Of a DNA stretch of 64,000 bases, positions 44,981 to 58,199 are shown piece by piece. Within the stretch, counting starts at the first letter, position 1. The number at the start of each line of letters is the position of its first letter. Below the pieces are notes generated by a model. The model was not told the DNA's origin, ran no database searches, and saw nothing but the letters and a program-made list of their open reading frames with translations. Both the position numbers and the translations under genes were made by a program. Source of the stretch: the human T2T-CHM13v2.0 reference genome, Homo sapiens. Where the stretch lies: assembly GCF_009914755.1 (NCBI RefSeq), contig NC_060947.1; one strand, 5' to 3'.

Positions 44981-46755
44981 TGCGTTTTTAGAATAAAGTA
45001 GCTAAAAGAAGACAATAGAGAATGTGCAGTAATTCCATCAATATACAAATGGCACATCCACAAGTTAAGGCTTTATGAGTGACAAAGCCTTAACTTTGAA
45101 GGCTTTTTAAGTGCTCTCTTAGTAAACACTTTTGATTTCAACCTCTCCAAATATGTGTTAATCAAATTGTTCCAGTCATTTGCGCATTTGGAGAAAAACA
45201 GGATGTGGGTTTAATCCATCTAGACTGAAAAATGATTTTCTTTGTTTCAACTTAAAAACTTAGTGGGGGATAAGAAAGTCTACACTCCAATGATTAAATA
45301 AATGGAAAAACAGTAGGAATGCAACTTCTCCCCTGACTACTCCACAAAACAGTGTATTTTAAGTCTTATTTCCCACCAACTTGTGAATAGTATATTATTC
45401 CCATGCTTACACTCATGACATCAAACTTAAATTAAAAATAGTTCCAATCCTCCAGCTCTTGATGGAATTTGAAGTTAAAATTTGGCTTATGCTTACTTTT
45501 ACTAACAAATACTTTTGTGCTGCTGACATGATTTTTTTGGTACCATTGTTAGTCCAGAAAATGCCATCTGTAACATCTTAGAATCACGTGAACGCTGGCT
45601 TCTGTGCTAGGCAGGTTCAGCTAGTCTACCCCACGCATGGGAACCATGCGACCAAACCAGGGCTGGTAGCTGATTATTTTTATCTCTGGAGAACAAAGGA
45701 GGAGGAGGCTCTCTCTTTTATTTAATGGTGTGTGTTAAGTGAAGCCCTCTAAATACCCCTCCCTGATTTCATTTCTCTCCTTTTTCACCATGGATATGAG
45801 CACTATCCTGAATGGGTGTTTAGCACTCTTATACATGTCTTTATACTTTTATAACATAGGTGTGCATTCTTAAATTACATAATTTTACATATTTAAGAGG
45901 TTTATAAATATAGAGTTATAGCATACACCCTTCTGCAATGACGACTGTGTTTTATCCTTTCATCAATGGGGGAATCACTATAGAAATTTATGCTGTTGAG
46001 TTCAAAATTAATCACCAAAGGACTCTAGAACAGATGTGTTACAGTATGATTTGTGAGCTCTTCAAAAAGGAAAAGTGGCTCACAAGAACTTCATGATATA
46101 AAGGCGAGACCATAGAGAACAAGTGAGGTTAAGGAATTGCCTCCAAGTCATGCTGCATGAGGACAGGAAATGAATTGAGCTCCAAAGCTCTTGCTAAAGC
46201 TTGGCGTAGGTCCTGTTGGAGAAGGAAAGAAGATGACAAGAACTGCCTGACACACCGTATGCCGGACATCTTCAAGGGTGCTATGGGATTGGATTCTGGA
46301 CTAGAGCCTGTGAACCCCATTCCTCTGCATGTGTCTTAGCTACTTTGTGAGATCTGCCTAGGGTAAGTGGGAGGTGACAAAGAGAGGACCTTCTCCATTT
46401 TACAGGCCAGGTAGATCAGTAAACAGTTCCTGGAGGTAGAAGGTTCTGTCCTCTTATGTCTAGAACCTTCCAATATTTGAGTCAGTGTGTATTAATACGC
46501 CCACCAGATGGGCTGGGGTCTTCATGAGGCATTCTGCTTCCTGTAGCAGTCAGCAGGTCCACCCTCCCATTGTCCCTGGAGTCCTTGTTCTCTGGAGTTC
46601 AGCAGCTCGCTGTGAATGAGCTGAGGTTTTTGCCATGAGGGGCCCTGTTTCAGAGTTTGTGACAACCAAACCTTAACGAGGTTAACCCCATGTACTTCAC
46701 ACCAGAACTTATGTGGTTAGGGTCCTCTGACTAGAAACTATAATAATAATAATAT

Positions 46756-47298
<543 letters not shown>

Positions 47299-47349
47299 AT
47301 CTGATTGGAAATTCTTAAACGAGATGCAATTCTGACACCACCATCATAA

Positions 47350-48830
47350 AAGATCACTCTAATAAATGGGAAGGTGAGGAACCTTTAAAAATACATTTGG
47401 TTACATAAACTAGAGCACATCCCAACAATGAAATAATGTGCAGTTGTGAACAGGATGAGAAAGTGCTTTATGTGCTGATATGTAAAATCTCCAGAAAGCT
47501 TTTACACAGAAAAAGTTAGGAACAGAAACAGAGTATATACAGTATGCCAGTTTTTGCTTAGGAAAAGGGGAGTAATAATATATATTCATATTTGAATAAA
47601 CGTTTGAAGCATATAGAATGGGGAGGCCAGAAATGGAGAGGAGGGATTAACAGGTAGGAGATTACTCAATATATGCCTTTTCATACCATGATTTTGGAAC
47701 CACATAAATTTTTGTCTAAGATACATTGAATCAAGTAAGATCTAGTTTAACATTCTACCGATGTTAATTTCCTATGGTTGATAATTACATTATGGTTATG
47801 TAAGATGTTCACATTGGGGTATGAGGTAAGGACAATATTATTTTTACAACTTTGGGGTAAGTCTAACATTAGTTCAAAACAATTGTTTTAAATAAAAGGT
47901 GATGCACAAATAGCTGATAAACACATGAAAATGTCTTCCAACGTCATTAGTCATCAGGGGAAAGCAAATTAGAAACAAGACAAAATGCCATTTGTATAGC
48001 AACTAGAATGGCTAAAATTTTTTTTTAAGTTGAGAACAAAATATTTGTGAAGCTCTCCTGCATTGGTGGTGGAAGTATAAAATGGTCCAATAATATTGTT
48101 GGCAAATTCTTATGGAATTAAATATGCACCTACCTTTTGACCCCAAAATTTCATGCCTAGGGGTTAATCTATGAAAAACAACTGTACAGGAATCATCATA
48201 ACTTCTGTATTTACAGTTGCCAAAAGCTGCAAGCAACCGAAATGTGCAAAAGGAGAATGGGTAAAGGAGCTGTTTTTTTTTAATGTTCCTACAGTGCAGT
48301 GCCACTCAGTAATCATAAGGGACAAAGGACTGACACATCAACAATGCTTATGAAGCTCACATACACGGTGATGAGTAAAAAGAAACTTGATAGCAGAGAG
48401 CTTGCACTGTATGGCTCCATTTACACAAAATGCTAGAGCAGGTAAAGCTAACAAAAGGAAAACTGTATCAGAACTGTGGTTGCCTCTTGTTGGATGATTA
48501 ACTGGGAAGAGGTAAAAGGGATGAAAATGATCTATATGGTAGCAAGGTTGTGGATTATGGAAGTGTATCTGTTTGTCAAAATTGTGCAGTTATTTTTTGT
48601 GTGTTTTAGCACTACATACTTTATCGTTAAAAAAAGCACTGTGAAAATAATAATTACCTAGGGTTTGGGAATGGGTAGAGGTATTGATCATAGAGAATGG
48701 CAGAATATGGATAGCACTGAGGTGTGGTGGTGGATTTGGGGGAGAGTCAATAAACCAGTCTGTTTACTTTTTCTGTATTTGATATTTTTCACAGTAAAAA
48801 GTTTAAAATATTCTAAAAAGAAAAAATACA
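47350..48830 (+). mobile_element. Cluster of old L1ME/L1MC 3' fragments
   Basis: gctgataaacacatgaaaa...cattagtcatcagggg, ggtggaagtataaaatggt, acctaccttttgacccc. Confidence 0.7.
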
Positions 48831-49029
48831 AATTTTGCTATAAAGGGAAGCAATAGAAGTAACAGGGATTTTTTTATTATTAAGAAGATGAAAGCAATTA
48901 TACCATGTTTTAAGCTAACAGGAGTAGTAGAGTTCTCAGGGCTGGGAGAGTGTGTGGCAACTCAAGATGTTCCCTGACTGACACTGACAATCGAAATGAC
49001 ATTTTAAAATATGCAGTGATCAGATCACA

Positions 49030-49770
49030 GTAAATGAATGTCAAGAACATTGAATCGCAGGCTTATGAAAAATGCTAAGGAAAGCTAAGAAGTATTTTGG
49101 TGGTAGCTTTTGGGTAAGAAGACCAAGAAAACCCACGCCTATTTCTGAGAGCAGGTGGTATGTTAGCAGCTGTAAAGAGAGTTCAGAGCTTTTTCAAATA
49201 CTGACTTTCTTCTTCTATTTCTACACCAAAGAAAATGGCCTTTAAATTTTAAAGGTGAAAGCAAATAGAGGTGACAAGGATTTAAGCGTTTGATAGGTGA
49301 AGAAACAATGAGAGGACAAAGCTTCTTAAAATAAATTCCAACTCAGAAGAATTCTATCTCCAGAATGGAGAATATTTGCTAGTAGTTGTTGATTAATGAT
49401 GCTTGACAAGAGAACTACTGAAATATAAGAGATGGGTAAATATAACCCCATTTCCCCTTTCTTTTCTTTTCTTAAAAGAGGATAGCATTCTGGAAATTAC
49501 AGACTATTAAATTTGACAATAATCCTCTGTGTTCTAGAATAGATTACCTAACAAATGTCTTATAAGCCCATAGCAAATGAAATAGCAATTTCCAGAGGCT
49601 CAATGGGTTTGCCCAAAGTATGTCCCTACCAAGCCAGTTTTATTAAAAGCCCTGGATATAACTTGTCTAGATGCTAACATGTTATTTGGCAATTTCCCTC
49701 TTGCCATTCTGGAGGACAAGACAGACGTATAAATGAGTGAGCCTGAAATCAGAGGATTATGCAAGTGTTC
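49030..49770 (+). mobile_element. L3/CR1 LINE RT remnant
   Basis: attctggaaattacagactatt...ttctagaatagattac...tcaatgggtttgccc resembles CR1 coding sequence for PGNYRP...LEQII...QHGF. Confidence 0.6.
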
Positions 49771-51202
49771 ATTTACAGGCATTTTGTAGTAATTTTCACC
49801 ACCCACTGAAAGGCTGCATGTCTAATGTCACATGTGGAGACAGAACCTGTGTTTAGTGATGGAAATGACCTATTTCCATCTGCATCTATGCCTATATTTA
49901 CATATACATGCATATCTATAACGATCTTGTTTACCTATCTCGGCATAAAATTAGCTCACTTTTGTCCTCACTTATATATTAAAATTAGTATGATTTAAAA
50001 TTTAAAAATAGTGTACATTCTCTATATTTGAGAATAGATGGCCTGATTATTTGAATGTTCCATTTCATGTAAGGACATTGAGACATCTTTCTACTCTTGT
50101 GATTGCAAAAAATTCCAGATTGTACCAGCACGTTTTGCTGCCATATTAAATAGAGCACATGGAATCAAAGTTAGCATTTTTTTGGCGATTCATCATCTTG
50201 TGAGGCAGACAGGGCTGGAGATGGGGTGGAATTAGTATTGGCTTCTGGTAGTTGTTATTAGAATTCAATTTTAAATAGTGCCTTGTACTTTCCATTCTCT
50301 TCTGTACAAAAAGTGAAAACCTGAAGTCATTAGTGGACGCTTCTAGCTATTTATCTTTGAGAGCCACCTGTCTTTTTTTCAAAACTGTTTGTGATGGCTT
50401 TAAAAAAATCACAGTTACTTAAAATACTAGTCTAAGGAACTACCTTCCTATATGGAGAAAAAAGACATAATGAAACAGTCTCTTTTTGATATTTCCATTC
50501 ACAGACTGTCATACTTCCAATATGTATTATTGTCTGCAAGTAGCTCCTTAGCTAATAATCACCAGTGAATTAGAAAATCAGGAAATTCACTGTGGCATAT
50601 CCAACTCCCAGCACTGTTAATGAGCGTTGCGGATGATTCTGCACAGATAAGTTCAAAGCAAATCACTGAGAAAATACTGACATACTTGTAGCCTTTTCAT
50701 TTGGGGGAGGGTAACACAGCTCCAAAATTTTAAGAACCACCTCTCTTTAGGCATTAACAATTCAGTGAGGAAAATCAATTCTGGTTTTAAGACATCTTCC
50801 CACTTACCACTTAGTTACCTTCTGGCTCACACTGATTATTTTAGGGTGTGTGATTCCAAAGTAACAATCGTTGGCAGTCTTATCACGTAGTACATCTTAG
50901 CATGTAATTATATGAGGTTTTGAGTGGTTCTCTAAAGTTTTCCTTGGTTGTGCAAATTGTGATCTCTTGGTAAAAAGGAATGGCATTTGAACTGCTTTAA
51001 TATCCTCGGTCTGAAATTTTATTAACATTGCAATTACTCTAATAGATAGATTACAATAATTATTTCTATACTTGCTGTGGTCGAGAGAAGATGAGAGTGG
51101 AAATAGGAAGAGTTGGGTATTTTACCTCTTTGGACTTGGGCAAAGATTCCTTCTTTCAGCTTCAGTTGTTCTTTTGTTTTGTTTTGTTTTCATCTACAAC
51201 AG

Positions 51203-51262
51203 TGGAAAGAATGGTCATCCCTTAGCAGGATGGTACAAAAGTTACCCAAGATAATTCCCAAG
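51203..51262 (+). other. Candidate 60-nt exon (unverified)
   Basis: T-rich tract + caacAG acceptor and AAG|GTAAGT donor; phase-0 frame open (WKEWSSLSRMVQKLPKIIPK). Confidence 0.35.
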
Positions 51263-51379
51263 GTAAGTCACTGTCTTCCACAAAATGAGGCTAATGGCAT
51301 TATCCCCCCGGAATAGTCCTTACTTTTAGTAGCAGCTCAACTAATTCTAGTTTTCTTCTTATTCTGTTTTTCTTTTAAG

Positions 51380-51805
51380 AATAAACTTAAGATTTTGGGA
51401 TAGTTTTATAATTACAGGAAAATTACAATGAGTAGTAGTACAGAGAGTTCCCATATACCCCAGACCCTCCTTCCCTTATTGTAAACATCTGCTAAATTTA
51501 TCAAAATTTTAGTAAACCAAGGTTGACATGTTAGTGTTAACTAAAGTCCACTTCTTATTCGGATTTCCCTTACATTTTTATTTAATGTCTCTTTTCTGTT
51601 CCAGGATCTCATCCGGGGTAACATATCGCACTATTTGTCATGTTTTCTTGAGCTCTCTTTGGTTTTGACAATTTTTCAAACGCTTTATTGGTGATCTTGA
51701 CAATTATGGGGACAGTTAGAGAATCAGATATTTTGTAAAATGCCCCTCAGTTGATATGAATGAGATGTTTTTCTCCCAGGATTAGACTGGGTTTATAGGT
51801 TTTTG
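51380..51805 (-). mobile_element. L1MC/L1MD-type 3' UTR fragment
   Basis: agtacagagagttcccatataccc, ttaactaaagtcca, ctgttccaggatctcatcc, ggattagactgggtttat. Confidence 0.75.
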
Positions 51806-51949
51806 AGGGGAAATCACAAAAATACTTTTGCTTTTCCTTCCCTTCATTTTCCATCCATTTCTTTTTTCCTTTGCTCATATTTTCTTTTTTTTTTTCCTTT
51901 CCTTTATTTTCTAAATAGGCTTCTCTTCCTCATTGCCCTGGGAAAAAAT

Positions 51950-51957
51950 TTATTCAC

Positions 51958-52000
<43 letters not shown>

Positions 52001-52112
52001 TTGAAATAGGATCTTGCTCTATTGCCCAGGCTGGAATGCAGTGCCGCAGTCATGGTTCACTGCAGCCTGAAACTGCTGTGCTCAGGTGATCCTCCCACCT
52101 CAGCCTCCTGAG
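51950..52112 (-). mobile_element. Alu right arm (FRAM/AluJ) with (TTTA)n tail
   Basis: tcttgctctattgcccaggctggaatgcagtg...ctcagcctcctgagt. Confidence 0.85.
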
Positions 52113-52802
52113 TGAGTGTTTAGGCTCCTTTTAACCCAGTAAGTGTAATTGGATGTTCAGACACATCAAAAAAAGGAAGTTAAATGTACATACTCTAAAA
52201 AACATAAGAGTTTTATTTTGATGTGCTGAATCAGGTCCAGGTGGAACGTTTCAGGAAGCAGAAATAATTAGGAGGGTTAGGATTGTAAACATAAATAAAT
52301 AATAATAAACAATCCATACTGAAACCCTTGAAAAGGGTGTTAACGAAAAGCATTTATGAGAACGGACAAGTGAGAAAAATAATATTGGAAGCATCCTTAA
52401 GGTCTCGATATTTTGCATAGCTTTCTTATAGAATTTAAGTTTCACACCTTTATTAGCAGATTTATTGCCTAAATAAAATGTAAATTAATTTTTTTAAACC
52501 TGGGCAGAAGATGAAACACACTCAGAAAGCGGGATAGGTTTATTTGTTTCATGGGGTTGAGTAATAACAAAGATAATGATTTCTGGGCCTTGGTGTTGAT
52601 TTCCGACACAGTCTGGCAGGTTTGGCAGTGTGAGGGACTTCATGTGTATTAAGCTCTGAAACTGCTAAGGCCTCCCTTCAAGCCTATTCTATTTTCCCAT
52701 CAGGATTGTTGCATTTCTAAGCTTAGAGATTATCTATTGCATATCTGTAGTGTCCTTGGACTCTGAAAGTATCAGTCATTGGTTACTCAAGTCTCTTGGG
52801 CT

Positions 52803-53584
52803 GGTTAATTGCATCTGTCATCTTGACTGGGCCACAGGGTGCCCAGATACGTGGTCAAACTTATTGAGTCTGTCTGGGAAGGTGTTTTAGATGTTTTATT
52901 TTTAATTCTTGTGGGTACATAGTAGGCACATATAACTATGGGGCACGTGAGATACTTTGGTACAGTCATGCAGTACATAATAATCACATCATGGAAAATT
53001 AGGTATTCATTCCTTCCAGCATTTAACCTCTGGTGGGAGGGGGTTTTAGGATGAGATTAACATTTACATCGATGACTGAATGAAGCAGATTGTCCTTGCC
53101 AATGTGGCTGGACCTTGTCCAATCAGTCAAATGCCTGAAAAGTACAAAGACTGACCTTCCCCGAGCGACAGAGAATTCTCCTGCCTGTCAGCTTTCAAAC
53201 TGGGGCATAGACTCTTCCTGGTTCTGCAGCTGCCTGCCAGCCTTAGGACTTGTATTGGGAGATCATTTGGAGTTTCTACAGGTTTTCGACTTTTCAGCTT
53301 CTACAATTGCATGAACTAATTTCTTATCATAAGTCTCTTTCTGTCTCTCTCTGTGTGTATGTGTGTGTGCACAGATTATATATATCATGTATATCTTTAC
53401 TGGAGCTGTCTATCCTGTATCTCTCTATGTAGGGAGAGACTTGTTTTAAAGAATTGGCTTATGCAGTTATAGAGGCTGACTACACACATGCACACACACA
53501 GACACATCTTAATATGTATATCTTTATTGGAGACATACAGATCTCATATCAATTCTATTTATCTGGAGATCCCTGACTAATATA
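52803..53584 (+). mobile_element. MLT2B-like LTR
   Basis: ggttaatt...cttgactgggccacagggtgcccagata, gatgagattaacattt, ccaatcagt, ending ccctgactaatata. Confidence 0.85.
52894..53030 (-). mobile_element. L1MA1/2 3' tail nested in MLT2
   Basis: ttgtgggtacatagtagg...aataatcacatcatggaaaat; TSD gggaaggtgttttagatg / gggagggggttttaggatg. Confidence 0.82.
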
Positions 53585-54119
53585 GCTATCTTCTCTACTT
53601 ATGCACACATTGTGTAAATGGATTAAAGTCTTTTCCAAATACTCCCATGTCATAGGTCAGGACTATACCATTTGATTAGCATAAATTATGCTTCCACAAC
53701 TCGTTTGGAAAGGAATGGCAGAATTCAGGCTTTCTGCTTATCTAATCAAATGGGAGTGATTTCGCTGATTATCTTCATTTTGTGCTCATTTACTTCAATT
53801 TAAATCAACCATCATTAAGCTCCTACCCAACATTCGTGGGACAGGTTATTATCAGACAAGGTTCTTGTGCAATTGCATTGAGCTGTGCAAAGAAAAACAA
53901 CTCTTTTGAGGGCTTGGGAAAAGGGTCTGAACTACACAAGAGAGATATACAGGGACACAAGGTCAGAAGCACGTGGCCTTTTGAGAAGCTGCTGAGAACT
54001 GAAGTTATATTTTTATAACAAGAACAAAGCAAGCCTCTGTTTTAACTTTTCCTTATGCATTCAGAACTTTGAAAGGCGAGACTTGTCAGGCACCAGGAGA
54101 GACACAAGTGCTTCTAGAT

Positions 54120-54463
54120 CAGGGGTCAGCAAACTTTTTTTCTGCAAAAAGCTCTATTATCAGATTTTAGGCTTTTCAGGCCAGTCTTTGCCACTAATAC
54201 TCAGCTGCACCATTTTAACACAAAAGTCACAGTGGGCAATCCACACATGATACACAATGCACATGGCTGCATGTTAGTAAAACTGTATGTATGGACACTA
54301 AAATTTAAATTTCTTATACACTTCACATGTCATGAAATATTCTTCTTTTGGTTTTTCTTTTGGAACACTATTTACAAATGTAAGCATCATTTGTAGCTCG
54401 TAGGCTGCATAAAATCAGGCAGCAAGCAGATCTGGTCCTTGGGATGTAGTTCGCCAACCACTG
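54120..54463 (+). mobile_element. MER58B (hAT-Charlie)
   Basis: TIRs caggggtcagcaaact and agttcgccaaccactg; cacatgtcatgaaatattcttc. Confidence 0.88.
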
Positions 54464-54789
54464 TTCTGTGGTATCAGTTTCATACATACTTCTTATGTGG
54501 TAATGTGCACCGAGAAAAGGAAAGACACCATTTCCCCCTCAGTCGCAATACTATAGAAAGTGCTTGATTAAATTGACATAAGTACTAACATCTTATCCAC
54601 ATTGATGTTTAGCTAATTTATTTTGTATAACAATAATACAAAGAGTTCTTTTTACCTGTTACACTAAAAAAAGTATATTAATATTTCATTTTACCCCTCT
54701 TTGAAAGGCACCAATGAAAACCAATTATTTTATATAACATTGCAGTTCTATCCAAATATCAAGTTCAAAAGGTGGCCTTGGAATTTATT

Positions 54790-55090
54790 GTTTTTTGTTT
54801 TTTGTTTTTTTTTGAGCCAGGGTCTGACTCTGTTGTCCAGGCTGGAGTGCAGTAGTGTGATCATGGCTCACTGCAGCCTCAACCTCCTGGGCTCAGGTGA
54901 TCCTCCCACCTCAGTCTCCTAAGTAGCTGGTACTACAGGCGGGTGCTACCATGCCTATTTTTTATTTTTTGTATTTTTTGTAGAGACGGGGTTTCCCAGG
55001 CTGGTCTTGAACTCCTGGGCTCAAGCAATCCACCCTCCTCAGCCTCCCAAAGTGCTGGGATTACCGGCGTGGGCCACCATGTCCAGCCTG
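54790..55090 (-). mobile_element. AluJ
   Basis: gatcatggctcactgcagcctcaacctcctgggctcag. Confidence 0.9.
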
Positions 55091-55190
55091 GATTTTTTTT
55101 GAATGAGGTTTTTGCTTGGTTCTAGGGTGGCTGTCTGAATATATGTGAACCTCAGCCTCCTCATCACTAAATGAGGGGATTGGGCCAGTT

Positions 55191-55400
55191 CAGGTATGAA
55201 GAAACTTTTTCTTAAAAGGCCAGCCAGTAAATATTTGGGAAGCCATACTATCTCTAGTGCAGCTATTCAACTCTGTTGGTGTGGCACTCAAAAGACACTG
55301 TAAACAGAATATAAATCAATGGGTGTGGCTGTGTTCCAATAAAACTTTATGTACAAAAACAAGCGGAGCCCAGGTTTGAAATATAGATTTCTGGCCCCTG
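55191..55400 (+). mobile_element. MER58A
   Basis: aaaggccagccagtaaatattt...tgggtgtggctgtgttccaataaaacttt...ggcccctg. Confidence 0.82.
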
Positions 55401-56039
55401 ATCTTGTTGGTCTTAAAATACCTTTGCAGATGGAGAAATCAGATGAATGTTGCTTCGTAAAAATGGACCACCAGAGGAAACTTGGGAATGATTATTTTTA
55501 ACTTTCTAAGAAGTAGATTTTATCTACATTTTATAAATAAAATATTGGTGCATAAGAAGTGCTAGTTTCATGCAATTACATCAGTGGAGTCACCTATATG
55601 AATGATGCATTCCTTATCTCAATTCTTCCATAAGTAGAATCACACACTCCAAGGAATTTATATGTTTCATAAAGATCAGTCAATAACCGGGAGGTAACTT
55701 ATGGAGATGAATTGCATTTAGTTATTTCATCTCTTATTTGACATATAGATTTTAAGCCTGTTAAATGTTGTCAGTTAAATGTTGTCAGTGATGACAAAAT
55801 TGAAGCATTTTCTCTCCTTCAATCAACATGGTGAGCTAAGTGTTAAATGGCAATTAAAATTATAACAAAATATAATATTACTGATGTGGAACCTTCATTT
55901 CTTATTTCATTATTTCTCACATTTACTATTCTAGGGAGAATAGCTCAGAGATATAGTAAATTCAGGCTACATTAAGCAAAATGTCTACTCATGGGAATCT
56001 CAGAAAATGTATTTGAAGCCTCCCTAGAAGAGTCTTGAG

Positions 56040-56650
56040 TCCCTTGGCAGTGCTAACTTGCACAATTCCTGACCCAGTTCACCTTCAGTTAGGGATTTAA
56101 AGTTACTCTTCTTCTGAACAATGGCAATTTCAATAGGAGGGCTTTTTCGCTCTGTGCACACGTGTGGTTTTCTTGTAAATGGTTTGCTGCATGAAAGGCA
56201 ATCTGGATTACTTTCGTTAGTCTTGTATTCCAAGGAAATCCTCCGCAGGGATTTCCGCTGTTGTAAGGAAAATGCACACACTGCAAATTTCTTCCAGGAA
56301 GTTGCTGAATTAACAAAAATTAAATCAACTAGGAAGAAAACCTTTTGCACAAGTGAGCCCCGGTGGCAGATGACAGTCATCTATCAGCTTGGTGCACTGG
56401 TGCTTGCAGAACATTCCAGGAACGTGCCTCAGCTCACTGTCTTTTTCATCCTACATTTTCCTTATGAAATAGCTCAGCATGAATGTCATCAGGTGCTTCA
56501 GGCAGATGGTGTTGGAAAATCATTTCTCAAATTGCCTCCTCGAGAAAGTGGCACTTGTAAGAATTGCATTGCCGAGAACCAATCAGCAACCTGTGATGTT
56601 TAAGCTGCCTGCTAGAGTCCATTTTTCATCCAAAATGTGACTCATATTGG
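56040..56650. promoter_or_regulatory. Candidate inflammation/cytokine-responsive enhancer
   Basis: Non-repeat segment with C/EBP (56058, 56345), E-box (56159), RUNX (56163), GAS (56228, 56292, 56414), kB-like pair (56234-56256), ETS (56296) and AP-1 (56638) motifs. Confidence 0.5.
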
Positions 56651-56780
56651 TTGGTAGGAGACAAAACAAACAAACAAAACAAAAAAATGCACATCATGCC
56701 AAATGTTGAAGTTTGAAATCCCTGACTTGGAATAAACTTTTCCAAAGATCAAATTCCATGTTTAGTTTAAAATCAGTGAG

Positions 56781-57141
56781 TGTATTAGTCTGTTCTCATG
56801 CTGCTGATAAAGACATACCCAAGACTGGGTAATTTATGAAGAAAAAGAAGTTTAATGGACTCACAGTTCCACATGGCTGGGGAGGCCTCACAATCCTGGT
56901 GGAAGATGAAAGGCACGTCTCACATGGCAGCAGACAAGAGAGAATGAAAGCCAGGTGAAAGGGGAAACCCCTTATAAAACCATCAGATTTCGTGAGACTT
57001 ATTCACTACCACAAGAACAGTATGGGGAAACCGCCCCCATGATTCAATTATCTCCTACCAGATTTCTTCCACAACATGTGGGAATTATGGGAGCTGTAAT
57101 TCAAAATGAGATTTGAGTAGGGACACAGCCAAACCATATCA
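56781..57141 (-). mobile_element. THE1 (THE1C-like) solo LTR
   Basis: tgtattagtc...cagccaaaccatatca; 5-bp TSD gtgag. Confidence 0.95.
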
Positions 57142-58199
57142 GTGAGTGACTTGGGTTAAAATTTAGCGATCATATCACCAAATGACCTGAAGGAATAATT
57201 ACCTGAAACTGTTAAATATGTATTTGGTTACTTTAATTTCTGTCTCCTTAACTAGGTAAACATGAAATAAAGTCTCACACTTTAATCCTGGCATAGACTA
57301 GTAGGTGTTCAATAAATGTCAGTTGAATGAATTTAAAAGTGAATACGTATTGCATTCGAATATTGAATTGTTTTCTCTTATTTTTTATAAAATACTCAGT
57401 AAATATACATTTTAAGGATTTCAGTAGAAACTCTTTGAGTTGATATTCTTTTATTTTTAAAATGCTACTCATCTGGATCTGAAAAAGGCTATAGTCATTT
57501 TAGATATACTAACATTTAGATCTATGAGTCAAATTTATACCAGCTCATTGTTTTCTTGTTTTATTCAGGGTCTGTAGCCATGCTAAAGGCACATAAAAGT
57601 TTAGGGTTTTGTTTTGCACTAATTTGTGAGACCCAAGGTTTGTTTTGTGCATAAAATACCATGTGAGTATGCAACACAGATATCACATTTTCACCAGGCT
57701 AAACTAGCAATCATTGTTATCAAATGAAGCACACTTATGCCAAGACCTCAAAAGGGACATTTAGGAACCTTAAATCACTAGTTATTCATAAATTGTACAT
57801 AATTTATTTAAAAATGTTTCACATAGTCTTTCTAAAATGTTAAGTGTAGCATCTGCTTATTATAGAAAAATCAGAAGATCAATAGAAAGAAGAGAAAATG
57901 GCCAGGTGCAGTGGAATAAAATGAGATAAAAATGAGAAGGGCTTAGAAATACTAATCTCTGGAATGGTCTGAGACATTAGAAAGAAAATGTAACCAGGTC
58001 TTAGTCATACTAAGTCCAATGAAAGCAATGTAAATCTTGCAAACTCTATTTTTTGTAATTAAATAAATGTTGGTTAATATGAGATAACATCTTTAATATC
58101 AAGCACAAAGTAATACATATCTTAATACATATTTTACAAGATATCTTAAATTTTAAAAATATGAAAATAACTCGATATTGTAACATACATAAGCAAGCC

